Shown here piece after piece: positions 9,257-18,086 of a stretch of 64,000 bases of DNA. Under the pieces are notes generated by a model, which saw only the letters and a program-made list of their open reading frames with translations, was not told the DNA's origin and searched no databases. The translations under genes and the position numbers were made by a program. Numbering within the stretch: position 1 is the first letter of the stretch; every line of letters begins with the position of its first letter. The DNA lies in contig JBGQFW010000002.1 in NCBI GenBank assembly GCA_041497115.1, positions 20,476 to 84,475 on the forward strand, written 5' to 3'. Origin of the DNA: Candidatus Methylomirabilia bacterium (GTDB lineage: Bacteria > Methylomirabilota > Methylomirabilia > Rokubacteriales > CSP1-6).

Positions 9257-11340
9257 CGCCAGTCTCCTACCAGGACGAACGGCGCCCAGAAAAAGGGGTG
9301 TCGGGTGCGCGCGTCGGCCAGCACCTCGCGCTGGGCGGCCCGCAGCGCGTCGCGCGCGCTGGCGGCGGGCAGGTCGCGGTAGAAACGCGCCATCGTCCGG
9401 GCCGTCGCGGCGTCCTCGACCTCCCACAGCGAGACCAGCATCGCCGGCGCGCCGGCCGAGAGGATCGGCCGCGTGAAGCCCCACGGCTCGTCGCCGCGGG
9501 TCACCCGCCCGAGCCCCGTCTCGCAGGCGCTGAGCGCCACGATGGCGCTGCGGCCGAGGTTCACCCGATAGATCTCGTGGGCCTCGAGCTCGCCGGGCAT
9601 CTTCTCCGTCGGGGCCAGCCGGATGATCGAGTAGAGCGGGTCGATCTCGTCCACCTCGGCGTGGGCCCCCACGTGCACGAGCTGGCCTTCGGGGGCGCGG
9701 GCCAGGAGCCGCTCCTTGGTCGCCTCCTTCCGGAGGTACACCTCGGCGCCGCTGTAGAGCGCGCGCAGGGTCTCGGCCTCCCGCTGGGCGCCCGGCAGCG
9801 CCAGCCGGGCGCTCCCGAGGTCGGGATTGCCGAGCGCCAGCACGTGCGTGCGCGCGCGCACCGGCCGCCCTTCCAGGTAGGCGAGCACGCTCGCCGAGGG
9901 GGCGTAGGACACGGCGCGCTCCTCCACCACCCATCCCGACGGGCCGCGCAGCGCGTGGAACGGCACGTGGTGCAGCACGTCGTGGGCGACGATCACGACG
10001 GGCTCGCCCGGCGCCAGCCCCAGCGGCCGGATCAGCCGGTCGTAGAGGGCCGTGGCCTGCGCGGTGACGTCGGTGCGCTCGCGGATCGCGGCGTTGAGCG
10101 GGGCGACGGCGGCCGCCAGCGCGCGCTGCTCCACGTCGAGCGTGACGGGGGTGATGCCGCCCCGACGGATGACCCAGACGAAGGTCCGGGCCGGCGTGAC
10201 GTGATACTCGACGATCGCCCCGCCCTCGGGCGCCGCCGCCCGCAGCGCGGCCCCGGTGACCGTGCGCGCGAGCGGATCGGCCACCGCCTCCGCGCCCGCG
10301 CTCGTCTTCACCCGGCCGCGAACGAGGTCGAGCAGCGCCCGCGCCCGGCTGCGCTCGCTCACGTCCAGGGCGGCCTCGGCCCGGCCGGCCTCCATCAGGA
10401 GGGTCACCGCCCCGTCGAACACCTGCTGCATGTCGCCGAAGAAGCCGGTCTTGAACTCCTCGCTGCGGAAGCGCGCGCGCACGCGCTCGGCGGCGGCCAG
10501 CGCGTCGGTGTAGGCGGCCAGCGCGCCCTCGCGGTCGCCCGCGGCGCGCCGGGCGCGCGCCAGGCCGTCGAGCGCCCACACCCGGTGATAGTCGGCGTCG
10601 GCGCCACCGGCCTGCGCGGCGGCGGTGAACGCGGCGATCGCGTCGGCGTGGCGCCCCTCGGCCAGCGCGAGCTGGCCCTCGCCGCGGCGCACCAGCAGGC
10701 GCACCACCGGCGGCCCGGTCCGCTCGGCCGCGCGGAAGAGGTCGCGCGCGCGCGCGAAGTCGCGCCGCGCCAGGTAGGCATTCGCCAGCGAGGCGCGCAC
10801 GAACGGCTGGAAGCTCTCCTGGCTCTGATCGAGCGCGCGCTCGTAATCGGCGATCGCCTCGGCCACCTTGCCCTGCCGCAGCTCGGCGTCGCCCCGGATC
10901 TTCAGCGCCGGTCCCACGATGGTGCGGGCGTCCTGGCGGACCGCGCCCGCCTTGGCGACGTGGTCGAGCGCCTCGTCGGCGAACTGCACCGCCCGATCGA
11001 GGTAGCCGGCCAGGTCGTAGGCGTAGGCGAGGTCGCGCTTGGCGGCGGCCATGAGCCACAGGTCGCTGCCGCGCTGGCCGAGGTAGAGCGCCTTGCTTGC
11101 CTCCCGGATCCCCAGTCGGAGCTCGCCCTGCTCGAGCAGGCTCACCGCCCGCGAGCAGTAGGTGTAGCCGTCGCTCTTGAGCTTGTCGGCGCCGAAGAGC
11201 ACCTCGCCCTCCCCGGCCAGCCGGGCGGCCGACTCCGCTTCCATCGCGCGCAGCTCGGCGACGCGCTCGGGGGCGGGCAGGGTGGCGCAGCCGCCGACGA
11301 GGCCGGTGAGCAGCGCGAGAGCCAGGATCGTGCGCGTCAT
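9253..11340 (-). CDS. TPR-repeat + CHAT-domain (caspase-like, clan CD) lipoprotein
   Basis: MTRTILALALLTGLVGGC lipobox, followed by multiple TPR-like repeats. The C-terminal CHAT domain has His (LVHVGAHAEV) and Cys (IVALSACETGLG) dyad contexts. Confidence 0.9.
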   Translation of the reverse strand: MTRTILALALLTGLVGGCATLPAPERVAELRAMEAESAARLAGEGEVLFGADKLKSDGYTYCSRAVSLLEQGELRLGIREASKALYLGQRGSDLWLMAAAKRDLAYAYDLAGYLDRAVQFADEALDHVAKAGAVRQDARTIVGPALKIRGDAELRQGKVAEAIADYERALDQSQESFQPFVRASLANAYLARRDFARARDLFRAAERTGPPVVRLLVRRGEGQLALAEGRHADAIAAFTAAAQAGGADADYHRVWALDGLARARRAAGDREGALAAYTDALAAAERVRARFRSEEFKTGFFGDMQQVFDGAVTLLMEAGRAEAALDVSERSRARALLDLVRGRVKTSAGAEAVADPLARTVTGAALRAAAPEGGAIVEYHVTPARTFVWVIRRGGITPVTLDVEQRALAAAVAPLNAAIRERTDVTAQATALYDRLIRPLGLAPGEPVVIVAHDVLHHVPFHALRGPSGWVVEERAVSYAPSASVLAYLEGRPVRARTHVLALGNPDLGSARLALPGAQREAETLRALYSGAEVYLRKEATKERLLARAPEGQLVHVGAHAEVDEIDPLYSIIRLAPTEKMPGELEAHEIYRVNLGRSAIVALSACETGLGRVTRGDEPWGFTRPILSAGAPAMLVSLWEVEDAATARTMARFYRDLPAASARDALRAAQREVLADARTRHPFFWAPFVLVGDWR

Positions 11341-11356
11341 GAGGGCCTCCCTCGGG

Positions 11357-11602
11357 TCAATCATCGCGTCGGGCCGTGTAGCCCCGGTGCTGCATGCACT
11401 GGTTGAGCGCCTCCTGGTCCACCCGCGCCGACCGCGTGAACGCGAACCAGTACGGGCGGTGCGCCTGCCGCCGGCACGATTCGAGATCCTGATCCAGCCG
11501 GCCCGGGGTGAGGCCGGGCTTAGTGTAGCTCCACTGCTCCGCCGCGCAGCCCGCCAGCAGGACCAGCGCGAGCGCCGTGACGAGCCGGGCCCCGAGCGTC
11601 AC
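11357..11602 (-). CDS. Small lipoprotein (81 aa), hypothetical
   Basis: MTLGARLVTALALVLLAGC lipobox, with two further Cys residues (ESCRRQ, NQCMQHRGY). It lies directly upstream of the CHAT gene. Confidence 0.6.
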   Translation of the reverse strand: MTLGARLVTALALVLLAGCAAEQWSYTKPGLTPGRLDQDLESCRRQAHRPYWFAFTRSARVDQEALNQCMQHRGYTARRDD

Positions 11603-11611
11603 CGGACCATT

Positions 11612-12187
11612 CTACCCAGACGGCTCAACCTCGAGCGCGGCGGCCGCCAGCTCACGGTAGCGCGCGCCGCGCGGCGAGAGGTCGCTGCGCATCAGCGAGA
11701 CGCGGGCGACGCCCTGGCCGCCGAGGGCGCGCGCGGCGTCGAGCGCCGCGGCCAGCCGCGGGTTCGGGCGCGGCGCGCGCGCGCGGCCCAGCGTCACGTG
11801 GCCGGCAAACGGACGCGTCTCGCGGGGGACGCCCAGCGGGGCCAGCGCCTCCTCCACGCGCGCGGCCAGCGCCTCCAGCGCCCGGGCGCCCGCCGCGACG
11901 CCGGCCCACACCACGCGCGCGCGTGCGGGCGTGGGAAAGGCGCCGAGGCCGTGCAGGACGAGGTCGAACGTGCGCTGGCCGGAGGCGGCGGCGGTGAGGC
12001 CGGCGACGATGGCCGGCAGGCGCGTCTCGTCGACGCCGCCCAGGAACTTCAGCGTGAGGTGAACGTTGTCGGGCGCCACCCAGGCGACGTCGCGCGCCAG
12101 CGGGCGCAGGCGCTCGATCTCGGCCGCCAGGCGGGCGCGCACGTCGTCCGCCAGCAGGACGGCGACGAACGTGCGGACGGTCGCTAT
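11612..12187 (-). CDS. thpR: RNA 2',3'-cyclic phosphodiesterase (2H family, ThpR/LigT); start unresolved
   Basis: Two HxT/S motifs (NVHLTLKFLG and GHVTLGRA) and VRTFVAVLL at the N-terminus. There is no ATG/GTG/TTG in frame for more than 100 codons upstream. The coordinates use ATA at 12185-12187, in an ATAG overlap with the upstream stop. Confidence 0.8.
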   Translation of the reverse strand: MATVRTFVAVLLADDVRARLAAEIERLRPLARDVAWVAPDNVHLTLKFLGGVDETRLPAIVAGLTAAASGQRTFDLVLHGLGAFPTPARARVVWAGVAAGARALEALAARVEEALAPLGVPRETRPFAGHVTLGRARAPRPNPRLAAALDAARALGGQGVARVSLMRSDLSPRGARYRELAAAALEVEPSG

Positions 12188-13155
12188 CGCGACGGATCCA
12201 GCAACCGCAGCAGCCCCTGCAGCTGCTCGCGGCGCGCCGGGTCCGACTCCCGCGTGAGCGCCGCGCGCAGGTCGGCCAGGGCGCCGGCGTGATCGCCGGC
12301 GAGCTCGCGCGAGATCGCGCGCGTGGCGAGGGCGCGGGCGTCGAGGGCCGGGTCCGCCGAGGCGGGGGGCGGCGTCGCGGCGACCGCGGGCGCGGGGGGC
12401 GGCACCGGCGCGGCGACCGGCGGCGGCGTGACGACCGGTGGCGCCGCGGCGGGAGCCGGCGAGACGGCCGGTGGCGTCGCGGCCGGGGCGGGCCGGGGCG
12501 GAACCGGGCTGGTCACCGGCGCAGGGGGCGGCGCCGGCGCGACCGTGGCAGCGGCGGGCGCCCGGGTGGCCGGCGGCGGCGACGCGATGGGCGGCGGCGG
12601 CGACGCGACCGGCGGCGGCGACACGACGGCGGGCGCCGACTGGAGCCCGGCGCTGCGACTCATGGTCAGGCGCGCCGTCTCGTCCGGCTCGACCTCGACG
12701 GCGCGCTGCCAATCCTTCAGCGCGGCGTCCGTCTGGCCTGCCAGCGAGCGCGCGGTGCCACGGTTGAACCACGCCTTGGAAAACACCGGGGACAGCTCGA
12801 CCGCACGGGTGAAATCCTCGATCGCGGGGGCCAGCCGGTTCGCCGCCACCTGCGCGTTGCCCCGCGCGAAGTAGATCTCCGCGTCCTCGGGCGCGAGTTG
12901 GGCGGCGCGGTTGTAGTCCTCGATCGCCCCCGCCGGGTCGCCGAGCCGCACGCGCGTGATGCCGCGATTGACGTAGGCGGCCACCGAGGCCGGATTCCGG
13001 CGGATCGCCTCGTCGAAGTCGGCGGCGGCGGCGGCGAACTGCCCGGCGCGATAATTGGCGATGCCGCGGTCGAAATTCGTCGGCGCGGTCGCGCACCCGG
13101 CGACGGCCGCGACGGCGCACCCGACGATCAGCCCCCTGCACGTCCGGCTCGTCAT
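12184..13155 (-). CDS. TPR-repeat lipoprotein with a long Pro/Ala-rich linker
   Basis: MTSRTCRGLIVGCAVAAVAGC lipobox and TPR repeats (YRAGQFAAAAADFDEAIRRNP..., YFARGNA..., WFNRGTA...). A roughly 95-aa P/A/V-rich tract is followed by a C-terminal helical segment. Confidence 0.85.
   Translation of the reverse strand: MTSRTCRGLIVGCAVAAVAGCATAPTNFDRGIANYRAGQFAAAAADFDEAIRRNPASVAAYVNRGITRVRLGDPAGAIEDYNRAAQLAPEDAEIYFARGNAQVAANRLAPAIEDFTRAVELSPVFSKAWFNRGTARSLAGQTDAALKDWQRAVEVEPDETARLTMSRSAGLQSAPAVVSPPPVASPPPPIASPPPATRAPAAATVAPAPPPAPVTSPVPPRPAPAATPPAVSPAPAAAPPVVTPPPVAAPVPPPAPAVAATPPPASADPALDARALATRAISRELAGDHAGALADLRAALTRESDPARREQLQGLLRLLDPSR
12352..12636 (-). repeat. Low-complexity Pro/Ala-rich coding tract inside the TPR lipoprotein
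   Basis: PAVVSPPPVASPPPPIASPPPATRAP...PPVAAPVPPPAPAVAATPPPA. Confidence 0.6.
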
Positions 13156-13157
13156 CC

Positions 13158-14387
13158 TCACCCGCCTCCCAGGCGCCTGCGCAGCAGATCGAGGGCCACC
13201 TGCGACGACTGCCACTTCACCGAGGCGCGCCCGCCGGCGAAGCGGAAGTGATGCGCCTCCACCACGCCGGGCACCGCCACGCCGACGAAGACGGTGCCGA
13301 CCGGCTTGGTCGGCGTGCCGCCGTCGGGCCCGGCGATGCCGGTGATCGACAGCCCGCAGGCGGCGCCCGCGCGCTCGCAGATGCCCCGCACCATCGCCTC
13401 CGCGCACGGCCGGCTCACCGCGCCGTGCACGCGCAGGATCTCGTCGCTCACGCCCAGCAGCTCCTGCTTGGCGCGGTTGGAGTACACGATGACGCCGCGC
13501 TCGAAGAACCTCGAGGCGCCGGCCACGGTGGTCAGCCGGTGGCCGACCAGCCCCCCGGTGCAGGACTCCGCCACGGCGAGCATCAGCCCCCGGGCCACGA
13601 GCCGCCGCCCGACCACCTGCTCCAGCGTGTCGCCGTCGCGCCCGTAGCAGTCGGCGCCGAGCGCCTCCGCGATGCGCCGCTCGGCGGCGGCCAGCGCCTG
13701 GGCAGCGGCCTCCGGGGTGGCGCCGCGCGCGCGCAGCCGCACCCACACCTCGCCGTCGGTCGGCACCGTGGCCACCGCGACATCGCTCCCCGCCTCGCCG
13801 GGGCCGAGCCACGGCGCCAGGCGCGCCTCCACGTCGGCCGGCGCCGCGCCCGCCGTGCGCAGCGTACGCACCGCCACGGCGTGGCTGCCGCCGGAATGGG
13901 CGCGCGCGAAGTCTAGCAGAAGGGCGGTCGTGTCGGCGGCGAGGCCGCCTCGCGGCAGCACGACCCAGGCCGCCGCGCCGCTCTCGAGCGCCCACGCCGG
14001 CTCGGCGTCGGCGGGGGCCCACACCTGGGCCCCCTGCGGCAGCAGCGCCAGCCGCTCGTCACGCCGGGGCAGCGGGCGGTCGCGCCGCCGGTGCTGCGCC
14101 TGCAGCGCCGCCAGCATCCGGTCGTTGAGGGCCAGGCGCGTGCCGGTGGCGCGGGCGAGCACGCGGCGCACCACGTCACCGGTGGAGCCGCCCGGGCCGG
14201 CCAGCAGCAGCGTCAGCGCGGCGGGCGGCGTCAGCGCGCGCTCGAGCGCCCCCTCGTCCTCCTCGACCAGCGTGCGGCTCTCCACGCCGACACCACCGGC
14301 GGCCAGCGCCGCCGCCACCGCCGCCGAGTCGTCGTCCACCGGCGCCAGCGGCGGGCCGATCGCGATCAGCCGCACGCCCGAGGTCAC
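13158..14387 (-). CDS. CinA-family protein with a C-terminal PncC-like nicotinamide-nucleotide amidohydrolase domain
   Basis: C-terminal LAVAESCTGGLVGHRLT...GASRFFERGVIVYSN..K..LLGV...HGAVS...A.AM...ITGIAGPDGG. The GTG start is in a GTGA overlap with the pgpA stop. Confidence 0.85.
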   Translation of the reverse strand: MTSGVRLIAIGPPLAPVDDDSAAVAAALAAGGVGVESRTLVEEDEGALERALTPPAALTLLLAGPGGSTGDVVRRVLARATGTRLALNDRMLAALQAQHRRRDRPLPRRDERLALLPQGAQVWAPADAEPAWALESGAAAWVVLPRGGLAADTTALLLDFARAHSGGSHAVAVRTLRTAGAAPADVEARLAPWLGPGEAGSDVAVATVPTDGEVWVRLRARGATPEAAAQALAAAERRIAEALGADCYGRDGDTLEQVVGRRLVARGLMLAVAESCTGGLVGHRLTTVAGASRFFERGVIVYSNRAKQELLGVSDEILRVHGAVSRPCAEAMVRGICERAGAACGLSITGIAGPDGGTPTKPVGTVFVGVAVPGVVEAHHFRFAGGRASVKWQSSQVALDLLRRRLGGG

Positions 14388-14893
14388 AGCCAGCCCATCC
14401 GGCGGGCGAGTGAGGTGAGCGCGAGGGCGTAGGCGCCGGCCACCAGGTCGTCGACCATGACGCCGAAGCCGCCGGGCAGCCGCTGGGCAGCGTTGGCCGG
14501 GAACGGCTTGAGGATGTCGAAAATCCGTAAGAGGACGAACGCGACGGCGAGCGCGACGGCGGTGAGCGGCAGGGTCAGGACCGCGAGCGTCATGCCGGCC
14601 ACCTCGTCCACCACGATCACGCCGGGATCCTTGACGCCGAGCGCGCGCTCGGCGTCGTCGGCGGCCCAGGTGCCGGCGATCGAGACGACGATCAGCAGCG
14701 CGACCAGCGCCGGCGTCGAGAGGGCGAGCAGCCACAGGACGAGCGCGGTGGCGGCGCTGGCCACGGTGCCGGGCGCCACCGGGGACCGGCCGAGCCCGCC
14801 CGCCGTCGCGATGAAGAGCGCCAGGCGGGTGCGGGCGGCGACGCGGTCAGGCGCGCTCGCCGACGAGCTCGTACCCTTCGACCTCGGCGACAC
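14384..14893 (-). CDS. pgpA: Phosphatidylglycerophosphatase A
   Basis: GGLGRSPVAPGTVAS, IVVDEVAGM, FRIFDILKPFP, GGFGVMVDDLVAG. The GTG start overlaps the rimO 3' end by 47 nt, so the start is somewhat uncertain. Confidence 0.85.
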   Translation of the reverse strand: MSPRSKGTSSSASAPDRVAARTRLALFIATAGGLGRSPVAPGTVASAATALVLWLLALSTPALVALLIVVSIAGTWAADDAERALGVKDPGVIVVDEVAGMTLAVLTLPLTAVALAVAFVLLRIFDILKPFPANAAQRLPGGFGVMVDDLVAGAYALALTSLARRMGWL

Positions 14894-16169
14894 GCACGCG
14901 GGCGAAGCGCCCCGGGGCGAAGTCCGCGCGGCCGCGCAGGTAGACCACCCCGTCGATCTCGGGCGCCTGGCCGGCCGTGCGCCCTTCCCAGTCGAAGGCG
15001 CCGTCCTCGCTGGGCCCGTCCACCAGCACGTCGGTGACGGTCCCGACGAGCTTGGTCGCGCGATCCCACGCGATCGTGTCCTGCGCCGCCTGCACGCGCG
15101 CCGCGCGCTCGGCGGCGACCTCGGACGCCACCGGCCCCGCGAAGGCCGGCGACGGTGTCCCCTCCTCCGGCGAATAGGTGAAGACGCCGAGCCGGTCGAA
15201 GCGCACCGCGTCCACGAACTCGAGCAGCCGCGCGAACGCGGCGTCGGTCTCGCCGGGGAAGCCGACGAGGACGGTGGTGCGCACCGTCACCCCCGGGATC
15301 GCCGCGCGGAACTGGGCGACGATCTCCTCCATCCGCCGTGCCGTCACCGCCCGGCGCATGGATCGGAGGATCGCGTCGTCGCCGTGCTGGACCGGCAGGT
15401 CGAGGTAGGGCACCACGCGGGCGCGCGCCCAGCGTTCGACCAGGCGGTCGTTGACGTGGGCGGGATGCAGGTACATCGGCCGGATCCACGGCATCCGCGT
15501 GTCGTCGCCGAGCGCCTGCAGCAGGTCGGCGATGTCGCCGTTGCCGGGGAGGTCGCGCCCGTAGGCCAGCGTGTCCTGCGAGACGAGGATCGCCTCCTGG
15601 ATGCCCCGCGCGGCCAGCGCCTCCACCTCGCGCACGACGTCGGGCAGCGGCCGGCTGCGATGGCGTCCCCTGAACTGGGGGATCGCGCAGAAGGTGCAGC
15701 CCATGTCACACCCCTCGGCGATCTTCACGTACGCGTACGGCACCTTCGTCGTGAGCAGGCGCGGCGTGCTCGCGTCGTAGAGATAGCCGGGGGGCGCCGC
15801 GGTGGCCCAGTCGTGGCGGTTGGCGGCCTGGCGCACGAGGTCCACGATGGCGGGCAGGTTGGAGGTGCCGAGGATGCCGTCGATCTCCGGCATCTCACGC
15901 ATCACCTCGGCGCCGTAGCGCTGGGTGAGGCAGCCGGTGACGATCAGCGCCCGGCAGCGGCCGCGCTCCTTGAGCCGGGCCGCTTCCAGAATCGTGTTGA
16001 CGGACTCCTCGCGCGCGCGGTCGATGAACGCGCACGTGTTGACGATGACGCACTCCGCGTCCTCGGCGCGCTCGACGATCGGAAACCCCGCCTCGGTGAG
16101 CAACCCGAGCATCAGCTCGGAGTCCACCTGGTTCTTCGGGCAGCCCAGGGTCGTGAGATGGATGTTCAT
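14847..16169 (-). CDS. rimO: Ribosomal protein S12 methylthiotransferase
   Basis: MNIHLTTLGCPKNQVDSE, the radical-SAM motif CDMGCTFC, and a C-terminal TRAM domain. Confidence 0.95.
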   Translation of the reverse strand: MNIHLTTLGCPKNQVDSELMLGLLTEAGFPIVERAEDAECVIVNTCAFIDRAREESVNTILEAARLKERGRCRALIVTGCLTQRYGAEVMREMPEIDGILGTSNLPAIVDLVRQAANRHDWATAAPPGYLYDASTPRLLTTKVPYAYVKIAEGCDMGCTFCAIPQFRGRHRSRPLPDVVREVEALAARGIQEAILVSQDTLAYGRDLPGNGDIADLLQALGDDTRMPWIRPMYLHPAHVNDRLVERWARARVVPYLDLPVQHGDDAILRSMRRAVTARRMEEIVAQFRAAIPGVTVRTTVLVGFPGETDAAFARLLEFVDAVRFDRLGVFTYSPEEGTPSPAFAGPVASEVAAERAARVQAAQDTIAWDRATKLVGTVTDVLVDGPSEDGAFDWEGRTAGQAPEIDGVVYLRGRADFAPGRFARVRVAEVEGYELVGERA

Positions 16170-16179
16170 GGAGGCGGCG

Positions 16180-16674
16180 CTAGCCCCGGTAGTTCGTGAA
16201 CTGGAGCGCGATGCCGAGCTCCTTCTCCCGCAGCAGCGCCATGACCCGCTGGAGATCGTCTTTGCTCTTGCCCGACACGCGGACCTGGTCGTCCTGGATG
16301 GAGGCCTGGACCCGGATCTTGGTGTCTTTGATGAGCCGCACCATCTCCTTGGCCTTGTCCATCGGGATGCCCTGCTGCAGCCCGATGCGCTGGCGAAGGG
16401 TGCTGCCGGCGGCCGGCTCCACCACGCCGTAGGTCAGCGCCTTGAGCGGCACGCCGCGCTTGTGGAGCTTCGACTGGAGGATGTCCACCACCGCCTTGAG
16501 CTTCATCTCGTCGGCGGAGGTGAGGACGAGATCGGTCTTGTCGAGCACGATCTCGTTGCGGGTGCCCTTGAGGTCGTAGCGGGTCTCCACCTCGCGGCGC
16601 GCCTGGTCCACCGCGTTGGTCACCTCCTGCATGTCGATCTTGCAGACGACGTCGAAGGAGTTGTCGGCGGCCAT
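16180..16674 (-). CDS. yajQ: YajQ-family (UPF0234) nucleotide / cyclic-di-GMP-binding protein
   Basis: MAADNSFDVVCKIDMQEVTNAVDQARREVETRYDLKG...QASIQDDQVRVSGKSKDDLQ. Confidence 0.9.
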   Translation of the reverse strand: MAADNSFDVVCKIDMQEVTNAVDQARREVETRYDLKGTRNEIVLDKTDLVLTSADEMKLKAVVDILQSKLHKRGVPLKALTYGVVEPAAGSTLRQRIGLQQGIPMDKAKEMVRLIKDTKIRVQASIQDDQVRVSGKSKDDLQRVMALLREKELGIALQFTNYRG

Positions 16675-16686
16675 GGCGCAGAGAGT

Positions 16687-17361
16687 CTACCGCAGCGGGA
16701 CGGTCGCGACACCCTTGGGCGCCACGAACGTGAACAGCGAGTCGGCGAGGCCGGAGTTGATCGTGGTCTTGCGGAACTGCATCGTGACGGTGTTCTCGAA
16801 CTGGTCGTAGACGACCGCCTTGCGCGTCTCCCACGAGCGTGGGTCCAGCGAGAGGATCAGCCGCGCCATGGTGGGCAGCGGCTGCCGGGGGGCGAGATCG
16901 AGCACGACGTTGCCGTCGCGGTCCCGCGGGTCGGCCGGGTTGAGGAAGCGCACGCCGAAGTGCTCGCGGAGCTTGCCGAGCCCGGCGAGAAACGACCCGG
17001 CCGGCCCGGACAGAGCCTCGGGGGCCGCGGCGACGTTGACCTGGCCGAGCGCCGGCGTGTAGATCCAGAGCGTCTTGCCGTCGGAGACGATCTGCTGGGG
17101 CGTGGGATCGGCGTACTCCCAGCGCAGCTTGCCGCCCTTCTTGAGATAGACGACGCCCTTGGCGGGAATGCTCTGGTTGAGGCTCCGGTTGAACGCCGTC
17201 TGGTCGAACTCGGCCTTGAGGTCGTTGATCCGCGTGTAGGCGCCCTCCAGGCCGCGCACGGCGTCGTCGAGCGACGGGCCGGGGGCGGGCGTCTGTGCGG
17301 AGGCGCCGGCGGCCCCGGCGAGGAGCACGAGGACGGCGAGGCGCGCGGGCCAGCGGAGCAT
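16687..17361 (-). CDS. lolA: Outer-membrane lipoprotein carrier protein LolA
   Basis: Signal peptide MLRWPARLAVLVLLAGAAGASA, F.Q...N.......G..YLKKGGKLRWEY, and ..QIVSDGKTLWIY. ATG at 17359-17361. Confidence 0.85.
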   Translation of the reverse strand: MLRWPARLAVLVLLAGAAGASAQTPAPGPSLDDAVRGLEGAYTRINDLKAEFDQTAFNRSLNQSIPAKGVVYLKKGGKLRWEYADPTPQQIVSDGKTLWIYTPALGQVNVAAAPEALSGPAGSFLAGLGKLREHFGVRFLNPADPRDRDGNVVLDLAPRQPLPTMARLILSLDPRSWETRKAVVYDQFENTVTMQFRKTTINSGLADSLFTFVAPKGVATVPLR

Positions 17362-17387
17362 GGCTCCACTGTACACCGGCCCCGCCG

Positions 17388-18077
17388 TCAGCCGACGAAG
17401 CGAACCGGCCGCGCCACCGCCTCGGCCAGCCGCGCCAGGTACTGGACGCGCGGGATCGTGCGGGCGCCCAGCGAGGCGAGGTGCGGCGAGGGCACCTGCA
17501 CGTCGAGCACGGTCACGCCGACGCGACGCGCGTGCTCGACGAGCGCGGCCAGCGCGATCTTCGAGGCGTCCCGGGTGCGATGAAACATGGACTCGGCCGA
17601 GAAGAGCGCGCCGATCGCCACCCCGTACAGGCCGCCGGCCAGCGCGCCGCCCGCCTCCCACACCTCCACGCTGTGCGCCCAGCCGAGGCCGTGCAGGCGC
17701 ACGTAGGCCGCCGACAGCGCCGGCGTGATCCACGTCTCCGCGCGGTCGGCGCAGCCGGCGACGACCTCGGCGAAGGCCGCGTTGAGCGTCACGCGGAAAC
17801 CTCCCTGCCGCAGCCGCCGGGCGAGGCTGCGCGAGACGTGGAAGCCGTCGAGCGGCAGGATCGCCCGCGGGTCGGGCGACCACCAGAGCAGGGCGTGCTC
17901 GTCCCAGGGCCACGGAAAGACGCCCCGGCGATAGGCGGCGATCAGCGTGGCCGGCTCGAGGTCGCCGCCCTCGGCGAGAAGCCCCTCGGGGTCGGCGCCC
18001 GCGGGATCGGGAAAGCGGAACCGGCACGGCGGCAGCGGCGCCGGCGGCGGCGTGGGGGTCAGGCTGATCTCGACCAC
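17388..18077 (-). CDS. aat: Leucyl/phenylalanyl-tRNA--protein transferase
   Basis: IAAYRRGVFPWP...LLWWSPDPRAIL, TWITPAL..AY..LH..G.AHSVEVW, GGLYGV.IG..F.AESMF. Confidence 0.9.
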   Translation of the reverse strand: MVEISLTPTPPPAPLPPCRFRFPDPAGADPEGLLAEGGDLEPATLIAAYRRGVFPWPWDEHALLWWSPDPRAILPLDGFHVSRSLARRLRQGGFRVTLNAAFAEVVAGCADRAETWITPALSAAYVRLHGLGWAHSVEVWEAGGALAGGLYGVAIGALFSAESMFHRTRDASKIALAALVEHARRVGVTVLDVQVPSPHLASLGARTIPRVQYLARLAEAVARPVRFVG

Positions 18078-18086
18078 GCCCCGAGA

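Noticed and set aside
12352-12636. The Pro/Ala-rich tract of the TPR lipoprotein as a DNA repeat or contingency locus.
   Set aside because: There is no exact nucleotide periodicity, only a compositional bias. It is most simply an extended periplasm-spanning linker.
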